Positions 56,879-64,000 of a DNA stretch of 64,000 nucleotides are shown piece by piece. The stretch lies in IMG/VR virus record IMGVR_UViG_3300030388_001635; one strand, given 5' to 3'. Within the stretch, counting starts at the first letter, position 1. Each line of letters starts with the position of its first letter. The notes beneath the pieces were generated by a model. It made no database searches. It was not told the origin of the DNA and worked only from the letters and a program-made list of their open reading frames with translations. Both the position numbers and the translations under genes were made by a program. The stretch is from an uncultured virus (IMG/VR IMGVR_UViG_3300030388_001635) (taxonomy: Duplodnaviria > Heunggongvirae > Uroviricota > Caudoviricetes > Crassvirales).

Positions 56879-59122
56879 TTACAATATTTCGCTAATAGTT
56901 CCTGTGTTCGTGTATCTTGCAAAGTTAATGCTTATTTTTGACTCTTTTTTGATTGGTAAATATAAGTGTTTTTGATTTGCCATTATAGCTAACCCTGAAC
57001 TAATCGTAGCATCAAACTTTGTTCTGTTAGATATATCAAATTTTGCCCAATCTTCTAATGTTCTTGTAAAGTACATAGAGCCCATATCATCTAGCTCTCT
57101 AAAGGACTCATCTAAATCCAATCCTACATGTTTTTCTATGTATGATTCTACAGCTGATGCATGTGATTGTTTTACATCTTCACTAGAGTTTGGAATACCT
57201 CCTAGTTCTCTTTCAGTTTTTGATAATTTATTAAATACTTTATCAGGTCTATTCATACTAAACCCTCTATATCCTCTATTTTTAAAGTGATACAATAATC
57301 TTGGCTTATTGTTTTCACACAATATAGGCATGCCATAAAACACACAAGCCATCAAAACTTCTTCAAAAAATATTTCAGCTGTTTGTGGTCTAGCTACATA
57401 TTCTAAAAAAAATTCATTACTAGGTGCTTCGTCCATATTAAATTTAGTCATTCCATGCAAAGCTCCGTTAGAACCACCTCCACCAACAACTCCGGATATA
57501 TCATATGAATCACAACCAAAAGAACCTATGTGTTCATTAGCAGGATATTTAATTCCATTTTTTAAATAAAATCTATTTTGCATTTCTTTTTTAGGAGTCC
57601 ATCCTACATTAAATCTTCCTTTCTTGTCAGGTCTAAATATTACTTCTGTATCTTTAATACCGTCTTTCCAATAAAAACTTCCTCTTGTTGTATGATGTTC
57701 TATTATTAAAGAATCATTATAATCAATCTGTTGATATATCTTAGTTAAATTAAACAAAGACTGTTTACTTTCATCTCTAAATGCATGTGATTCTGTTCTA
57801 GGAAATTGTCTGTAGTATTCATTAAGAGCATCAGCATCATTTTTTAAAGAATCAACTTCGTTCTGCCAATACTCTATAGCACCGACTCTAATCTTCTGAT
57901 TATCAATGCCTAACACAGGAGTTGAAGGAGAATGTAAAACAGGCATACCGTATCTGTCAATAAACCCTTCCATATTCCATTCCATAGGAATAAACAAATT
58001 ATATAAACCACTTTTAGTTTGACCGTTGGCATTTCTTTTTGTAGGGTCAGAGTCTTCAAATAAATTTTTAAAATTATCTCCACCTTTACTTAATGCATTA
58101 GATGTTGAACCCATCATACATTTGCCAATTATTTTACTACCTAATCTTAAACAAGTTTTTGTAACTCTCCAATTATTTAAAATATTATTAGGCTTTAACC
58201 ATTTTCCACTTTCATCGTGAACTAATAATAAAAGTTTTTCACCATCATAGGAATTATCATCAGTATTTTTCCAATCTATTGTAGTATCTAATCCATCAAG
58301 CTCTTCGCTTTCAACTAGATACATATTTTTTTTTGTAATTTTAGATGCAGGAATTCTAAATGCTAATTCAGTTTTTGGCTTATCCATTCCATCTTGAATA
58401 GGTTTAAAAAAGAAAGGTAAATTATTCCCAATAGGAACAACTTTATCTGTAAACATTTTTTTTGCATCAGAACCTGTTTTAGATAAAATACCTACTCTAG
58501 CATCCTTAGCTAATGTTCCTGTATTTATACATTCAGATGAACCCATAAAAGAAAACCCTGAACGTCTTATTTTTAAATAACATAATCCAAAACTTCTTTT
58601 ATCAGCTTTGCATGCTTCCCAATAAATAAAAAACAACCTGTTTGCCTCTCTATAATCAGGAAAACCTATATCTATTTTAGTCCATTGTAAATACACATAA
58701 TGAGAACCTGTAATATATGTTGGTTTACCTTTATTATAAAACCAAAAACCTTCTTCTCTAAAATCAAATTCCTTTTCAATATAATCAATCCATTGATTTT
58801 TAAAAACTGAGTTTTGATTGTTCCATTGAAATATAGAAGGAATTCTTTTTAAAACTTTAGGATATTCATGTCTTTCCCAATACTGTTCGCTTGTCTTTTC
58901 CTTTCTTTTATTTATAAATTCAGGCTGTTTAGGAAGTGCAATATCTACACCATTCATTTGAATAATCTTACCTATAGTTCCATTAGTTGATATAACAACG
59001 ATTCCATATTTTTCGTCAAATCCATACTCCCAACTCTTTCTTTTGTTTTTATTAGTAAGAACAGATTTTGGAATTACATCATATAATTCTGTATATAGTT
59101 TACTTAGACCTTCTTTCTGCAA
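56879..59122 (-). CDS. terL: Terminase large subunit
   Basis: KIRRSGFS Walker A variant, LVHDESGKW Walker B, MGST, GCDSYD nuclease motif and ENNK. Confidence 0.92.
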   Translation of the reverse strand: MQKEGLSKLYTELYDVIPKSVLTNKNKRKSWEYGFDEKYGIVVISTNGTIGKIIQMNGVDIALPKQPEFINKRKEKTSEQYWERHEYPKVLKRIPSIFQWNNQNSVFKNQWIDYIEKEFDFREEGFWFYNKGKPTYITGSHYVYLQWTKIDIGFPDYREANRLFFIYWEACKADKRSFGLCYLKIRRSGFSFMGSSECINTGTLAKDARVGILSKTGSDAKKMFTDKVVPIGNNLPFFFKPIQDGMDKPKTELAFRIPASKITKKNMYLVESEELDGLDTTIDWKNTDDNSYDGEKLLLLVHDESGKWLKPNNILNNWRVTKTCLRLGSKIIGKCMMGSTSNALSKGGDNFKNLFEDSDPTKRNANGQTKSGLYNLFIPMEWNMEGFIDRYGMPVLHSPSTPVLGIDNQKIRVGAIEYWQNEVDSLKNDADALNEYYRQFPRTESHAFRDESKQSLFNLTKIYQQIDYNDSLIIEHHTTRGSFYWKDGIKDTEVIFRPDKKGRFNVGWTPKKEMQNRFYLKNGIKYPANEHIGSFGCDSYDISGVVGGGGSNGALHGMTKFNMDEAPSNEFFLEYVARPQTAEIFFEEVLMACVFYGMPILCENNKPRLLYHFKNRGYRGFSMNRPDKVFNKLSKTERELGGIPNSSEDVKQSHASAVESYIEKHVGLDLDESFRELDDMGSMYFTRTLEDWAKFDISNRTKFDATISSGLAIMANQKHLYLPIKKESKISINFARYTNTGTISEIL

Positions 59123-59378
59123 AACCTTGATTGGTGTTAGTTTTAGTTAGACCTTTACTCTCAATATTTATAACTTCTTGTTCTTGTTCTATTCTAGCTA
59201 ATATTTCAAACGCATCAAATATAGCAAGTTTTTTTGTTGCAGCTGCATTTTTTAATCTATCAGCTGACACATCATCTTCAGTTCCTGTAACAATTTTTTC
59301 TTTTGCAACATTAATTAATTCTTCTACAGCTTTTTTTGCTGCATCGATAATTTTTAATTTTACTTCGTTGCTATTCAT
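59100..59378 (-). CDS. Putative terminase small subunit
   Basis: Small helical protein overlapping the terL start; ends GFAERRSK. Confidence 0.55.
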   Translation of the reverse strand: MNSNEVKLKIIDAAKKAVEELINVAKEKIVTGTEDDVSADRLKNAAATKKLAIFDAFEILARIEQEQEVINIESKGLTKTNTNQGFAERRSK

Positions 59379-59938
59379 AATTTAACTGTTATGAATTGTG
59401 ACATAATACGATACATTAAAACTCCATCAACAGTAAATTCATATTCACTTTCGGGTTTAAAAACAACTTCATCTCCGGCTTTTATTCCATGATAAATTAA
59501 TTCTTTATTTGGATATCTAACAACACCAACTAATGGTTCGTATTTAACTATCTTATCTATATAATATTCTTTACTCAATATAGGTTCTACAAAACAATAT
59601 TTATCATGAGCATGCCATTCATTATTAGTCTTGTATAAAAAAAATTGGTCGTTTTCTATAAAAAATAAATTGTCTTTAAAATAACTTTTACCACTTTTTT
59701 CAACGCCTTTCATGTCATAATATATTTTAAAAACATTATGATGAACTAAAAGAGTATCTCCTATTTTTATAGGACCACAATAATTTAAAGGTAAATGTTT
59801 TACAACAGCATAACGGTTTGAAAATTTGTGGTCTTCCTGTGAAGTACTTACAATTAGTTCTACATCGCCATGTGTTCTTGTGTTATCGTATCGTTTTCCT
59901 TTTAAAGGTTCTACGATAAAGCTGAAAGGTGATTGCAT
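59375..59938 (-). CDS. Tandem GroES-like domain protein (187 aa)
   Basis: Two halves, each with FxVEP...(A/G)VV...IKxGDx; the second ends EFTVDGVLMYRIM...I, as GroES does. Confidence 0.6.
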   Translation of the reverse strand: MQSPFSFIVEPLKGKRYDNTRTHGDVELIVSTSQEDHKFSNRYAVVKHLPLNYCGPIKIGDTLLVHHNVFKIYYDMKGVEKSGKSYFKDNLFFIENDQFFLYKTNNEWHAHDKYCFVEPILSKEYYIDKIVKYEPLVGVVRYPNKELIYHGIKAGDEVVFKPESEYEFTVDGVLMYRIMSQFITVKL

Positions 59939-59947
59939 TTGATTTCA

Positions 59948-60175
59948 TTAATTAAAGTTTATATTAAATTCTATAGAAACAGGCATTGTTTCATTAAATT
60001 GTTTCCATAGTTTGATTTCGTTTTTTTGAATAACATAGATATTGTAACAAGAAATATCTGAGTCATATTTAATTAAATGAATAGAATAGCTTCCACCTAA
60101 AACTTCTTGTCCTACTAAGTAATGCATAGCACCTGACTTATAATCAGGACCAACTGAAATTTTTCTAATATCCAT
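59948..60175 (-). CDS. Conserved hypothetical protein (75 aa)
   Basis: IRKISVGPDYKSGAMHYLVGQ. Confidence 0.7.
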   Translation of the reverse strand: MDIRKISVGPDYKSGAMHYLVGQEVLGGSYSIHLIKYDSDISCYNIYVIQKNEIKLWKQFNETMPVSIEFNINFN

Positions 60176-60192
60176 TATATTAAATTTATAGA

Positions 60193-63027
60193 TTAGCTTA
60201 AGTTTTCTATTCTATATTGTATTTTTATTTTTACTGTACCACCACCTGTAGCTGTATTCGGTCCACCTAAGTCTAACGCTTCATTAACTCTACATTGTCC
60301 ATTATTATTATTGTCTGTATCAACTTTTGAGAGGTTTACATAAACATCAGCAGAACTATTTGCAATCGTACTGTTAATAGCAGCAAAGGGTCTGTATATA
60401 GTTGCAGACGAACCTGAATAGCTAATGAATAAATCTGATGGTAAATTAAAAGCAGGAGATACAAAGTCTAAATAAAACAAAGCACTATCAACTACAAGAA
60501 CTTGATTTGCACCCGGTGCAGCTACTAACTCTACCGGACTTGAACTTAAAGTTTTCATTGCTGCATTAGAAATACTAATTGTTTTTGTTAAAAGGTCACT
60601 TGAACTTGCTTGAGCTTGCCATTCTAAACCTGAGTTTGATGCATTTTTAGCTAGTACCTGATTGGCTGTACCTACACTATTTGCTTCATCATTGATTTGG
60701 TCAACAAAAATATTCAACCATTTTTTAGTTGTTGTTCCTAAATTAACAGCTGAGTCTGTAACAGGAATAATTGCTCCTGTTGAATTTAACTGACCATTTG
60801 TAGTAATGTTAGTAGGTAAAGCAATTGTTAATGCTTGACCACTACCTGAAGTTACTATTTCATTAGTTGTACCACTTATAGTGAATGATTGACTAGATAA
60901 ATTAACCGAAGGAGTTCCTGTATTAGAATCTCCTAAAAACTCTAATGAACCACTAACATAATTAGGAATATTTAATACTCCTGCAGATAATGTTGAGACT
61001 CCTGATGAACCTGTAGTTGTTAAACTTGTAAAATTTATAGCAGGAAAATCTAATAAATTACCTTGACCTGATATATATTCAGCTGCAGTACCTGCAAATG
61101 AAAACTCTAAAGAAGCAGCTACAGTAGGAGTTGTAACTGAAACATCTAATGCATCACCCGCTGTTGTTGCCGCTACACTTGTAACTGTTCCACTCCCCGA
61201 TGTTGCATTCACCCACTCTAAACCGGTGTTAGCTGCATTTTTAGCCAATACTTGAGCCGCTGTTCCTAATCCGTCATTAGCATCTGCAATATCTTTTGTC
61301 CATGTAGTTTTCCATCTATTTCCGTCACCACCTAAATCTATCAGTTGGTCAGTAACAGGAATTACATCACCCGTACTACTTAGTGTACCCGGTATTGTTA
61401 AAGCAGTAGGAATAGAAAATGTAACAGTACCACTTGCTTGTGTTGTTGTAATTTGGCTTGTAGTTCCTGCTAAAGTAACTACTTCACCATTAGCGATTGT
61501 TTGAGCTGTTGTACCATCAGTAATGTCCCATGAGGTCATTGAGCCTCCACCTGCTTGTGCTTGCCATTCTAATGCATTTGATGCATTTTTAGCTAGTACT
61601 TGATTTGCAGTACCTGAACTATTTGCACCATCCGCTATGTCTGTTGAAAATAATTTAGCCCATTTGTTACCCGTAGTACCTATGTTATATGTATCATTAG
61701 CTGTAGGCACTAATGCACCCCCACTATTGAATTGACCCGGAGTTGTTATGTTTGTAGGAAACGCAAATGTAACTTCTTGATTTAAAACAGTAGCTGTAAG
61801 TTGGTTTGTAGTTCCTGTAAATTTTAATTGTTCTGTTGGTAAATCTATAGCTCCTGTTGTAGTACCGTCAGATATAGTTAATGTTTTATCGTTAGTGTTA
61901 GCTTCTTGCCTCCATTCTAAACCGGTGTTACCTACGTTCTTAGCTAAAATTTGATTTGCAACTCCAAAATTCCCTGTAGCATCAGCAATTTCTTTAGTGA
62001 AAAAGTTTAGCCACCTGTTTACTGAACTACCTAAGTTTGCAGATATATTAGTTGTAGGAATTATTGCTCCTAATGAATTTAACTGACCTCTTGTAGTTAT
62101 GTTTAGAGGTAAACGAATTGCAACTGATTGACCTGCAGGATTTGAAGTATCTATCTCATTGGATGTTCCAACAACAGATAATGATTGTGTAGATAAGTCA
62201 ACAGTAAAACTTCCTGAATTACTTGTTAGTACATTTAATGAATTACCTATTCCAACTGATGACCACTCTAATGCATTTGCTGCACTTTTTCTTAAAAATT
62301 GATTTGCAGTACCTGAACTATTTGCATTATCTGCTATATCTGTTGAAAATAATTTAGCCCATTTCAATGCTGTTGTTCCTATATTAAAAGTTGTAGCTGT
62401 AGGAATTATTGGTCCTCCACTATTAAGTTGACCCGGAGTTGTTATGTTTGTTGGGAAAGCTATCTGCATTGTTTGTGCACCATCACCTGTTGTAGTGATT
62501 TGATTAGCTGTTCCTAAAATTCTTAAAGATTGTGTTGGTAAATTTACTGATGTAGTACTTGTATCATATGAACCACCTAAATCATCAACAGTTGCTATAG
62601 CTGTATCTACATAAGTTTTAATAGCTAAGGTGCTAGCAATATTTGTGTTACTAGCACCTGTTAAAGCTATACTTGTTATAAATGATGTCCCTGATATTGC
62701 TCCATTGAAAACAGTTGTTCCATTAGTTGTGAAACTTGTTGGAACAGTTAATGTTATTACAGAGCCAACATCAGCAGATAAACTATCTATATTAGCAATT
62801 CCATCTATATATAAATTTCTCCATTGTAATGTTGGACTACCAATATCATATGTATCATCAATTGTAGGAATTAGCGAACCTCCTATATTACCAAATAAAT
62901 AAACACTTAAAGCATCTACAGTAACTGTTTTAGTTGCTAAGGATGAATTGTAATCTGTTAATATTAAATAATCGTCAGCTACCGGTGCTATATTTGGGTA
63001 ACTTGTAGTATCGCTAATTTTTGCCAT
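60193..63027 (-). CDS. Repetitive fibre protein (944 aa)
   Basis: About 5 copies of a module PTNITTxGQLNSxGxIIP...W...DIADxxxSxGTANQVLAKNAxNxxLEW. Confidence 0.8.
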   Translation of the reverse strand: MAKISDTTSYPNIAPVADDYLILTDYNSSLATKTVTVDALSVYLFGNIGGSLIPTIDDTYDIGSPTLQWRNLYIDGIANIDSLSADVGSVITLTVPTSFTTNGTTVFNGAISGTSFITSIALTGASNTNIASTLAIKTYVDTAIATVDDLGGSYDTSTTSVNLPTQSLRILGTANQITTTGDGAQTMQIAFPTNITTPGQLNSGGPIIPTATTFNIGTTALKWAKLFSTDIADNANSSGTANQFLRKSAANALEWSSVGIGNSLNVLTSNSGSFTVDLSTQSLSVVGTSNEIDTSNPAGQSVAIRLPLNITTRGQLNSLGAIIPTTNISANLGSSVNRWLNFFTKEIADATGNFGVANQILAKNVGNTGLEWRQEANTNDKTLTISDGTTTGAIDLPTEQLKFTGTTNQLTATVLNQEVTFAFPTNITTPGQFNSGGALVPTANDTYNIGTTGNKWAKLFSTDIADGANSSGTANQVLAKNASNALEWQAQAGGGSMTSWDITDGTTAQTIANGEVVTLAGTTSQITTTQASGTVTFSIPTALTIPGTLSSTGDVIPVTDQLIDLGGDGNRWKTTWTKDIADANDGLGTAAQVLAKNAANTGLEWVNATSGSGTVTSVAATTAGDALDVSVTTPTVAASLEFSFAGTAAEYISGQGNLLDFPAINFTSLTTTGSSGVSTLSAGVLNIPNYVSGSLEFLGDSNTGTPSVNLSSQSFTISGTTNEIVTSGSGQALTIALPTNITTNGQLNSTGAIIPVTDSAVNLGTTTKKWLNIFVDQINDEANSVGTANQVLAKNASNSGLEWQAQASSSDLLTKTISISNAAMKTLSSSPVELVAAPGANQVLVVDSALFYLDFVSPAFNLPSDLFISYSGSSATIYRPFAAINSTIANSSADVYVNLSKVDTDNNNNGQCRVNEALDLGGPNTATGGGTVKIKIQYRIENLS

Positions 63028-63297
63028 TTATTCTACTTTTTCTAAAGGTTTAGTCTCGGATTCTGCAGCTACATCTTCAGCAGATTTTACTTCTCCTGTT
63101 TGCATATTAATACTGCTATCTTTTCCGTATTTCTTAATCATACTGTTTTCAATAACTGCAAACTCTTCTTTAATAGTATCTATTCCTTTACATAACTGAT
63201 ATTGCATTAATATGCCATCAGCTATTTGAATTTTAGCTTTGTTAAATTCTGTTTGTTTGTCTTGAATTGATTTTAATTCTTGGTCTGTTAATTTCAT
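63028..63297 (-). CDS. Small coiled-coil protein (89 aa)
   Basis: KYG...IN..TGE motif; promoter upstream. Confidence 0.65.
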   Translation of the reverse strand: MKLTDQELKSIQDKQTEFNKAKIQIADGILMQYQLCKGIDTIKEEFAVIENSMIKKYGKDSSINMQTGEVKSAEDVAAESETKPLEKVE

Positions 63298-63335
63298 AAT
63301 TGATTTAATTTTATTTGTTATACATTAATTTGCAA

Positions 63336-63343
63336 CAAAGATA
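63336..63343 (-). promoter_or_regulatory. -7 element TATCTTTG
   Basis: CAAAGATA on the top strand, intergenic. Confidence 0.65.
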
Positions 63344-63366
63344 AGAAAAAATAAATTAGAAATAAT

Positions 63367-63852
63367 CTAACAGCTAGTCAAAGCTGAAGTCCATGAAGAC
63401 CCGTTCCAACGTCTTGCGGATATGCCATTAGAATACCAACCACCACTAGCGTTTAAAGTACCTGCGGAGTTAGCGTAAAGATTTGTTTGAGACATAAAAT
63501 TAGCGAAAGTTCCCGAAGTATATACTGTTGTATTAAATCCTTCTTGTTCACATACAGAACTAGCACTTGCACCTCTACCACCGTCATATTTAACATTTAT
63601 AGCTACTATTGATGAAGCATCTTTATCATATTCATAAAATGAATCAACTGTTACCGGTGTTGTGTTAGGGGGGAATGATGGACTTGATGTATTAATAGCG
63701 GGATAACTTTGTCCTGAACCAAATGAATTACCACCTGCGACTAAATCTCTTATTGATATAGCTCCTGTTATATTTCCTGACCCCCATGTACCATAAGCAC
63801 ATTCTCTAGCCATATTTTGAAAATCTAAAGCTCCTGAAGCAGGTATTGCCAT
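63367..63852 (-). CDS. Fibre-tip/adhesin-like protein (161 aa)
   Basis: [10 protein letters not shown]-terminus; translationally coupled to the S74-ended fibre. Confidence 0.6.
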   Translation of the reverse strand: MAIPASGALDFQNMARECAYGTWGSGNITGAISIRDLVAGGNSFGSGQSYPAINTSSPSFPPNTTPVTVDSFYEYDKDASSIVAINVKYDGGRGASASSVCEQEGFNTTVYTSGTFANFMSQTNLYANSAGTLNASGGWYSNGISARRWNGSSWTSALTSC

Positions 63853-64000
63853 TATTTATTTTTTAATAAATCAACCTCAGCTTTAAGCTCTTTAATTGAC
63901 TCAATTAATAAAGGTACTAATTTAGCATAATCTACTGTTAAATATTCTACACCATCTGCTTCTTCATTATAAGATATAGGTGCTATTTCTACAACTTCAG
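63852..64000 (-). CDS. C-terminus of a fibre with a peptidase S74 intramolecular chaperone (partial)
   Basis: Read by hand: ...[30 protein letters not shown]. Confidence 0.85.
   Translation of the reverse strand, partial: EVVEIAPISYNEEADGVEYLTVDYAKLVPLLIESIKELKAEVDLLKNK

Overview
This window is most of an AT-rich dsDNA tailed-phage genome. The host is almost certainly Bacteroidota (Flavobacteriia-like), judged from TTG-N20-TAnnTTTG promoters and A-rich translation starts with no Shine-Dalgarno sequence. The minus strand carries the morphogenesis arm at 29.7-64 kb and 1-14 kb: terminase, portal, major capsid protein, tail ring/stabilisation proteins, a GNAT protein, ejected proteins including a 3310-aa giant, several fibres, a lysis cassette, a cluster of tiny basic proteins, a GAMT-like methyltransferase and GroEL/GroES. 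The plus strand carries the early/replication arm at 14.6-29.7 kb: ArdC-like protein, many small unknowns, recombinase, RecE-like exonuclease, primase-helicase, SF2 helicase and nucleases. No DNA or RNA polymerase is visible. The standout is the start of the early region, which is punctuated by four predicted hammerhead ribozymes. Three are near-identical type I copies that each supply the stop codon of the upstream gene, and one is a circularly permuted type III copy fused to a promoter-proximal pseudoknot. A tRNA-half-like element and a multibranch RNA lie further downstream. Together these suggest an RNA-based system for processing early mRNA into gene units. All protein calls come from motifs recognised by eye; no searches were run.
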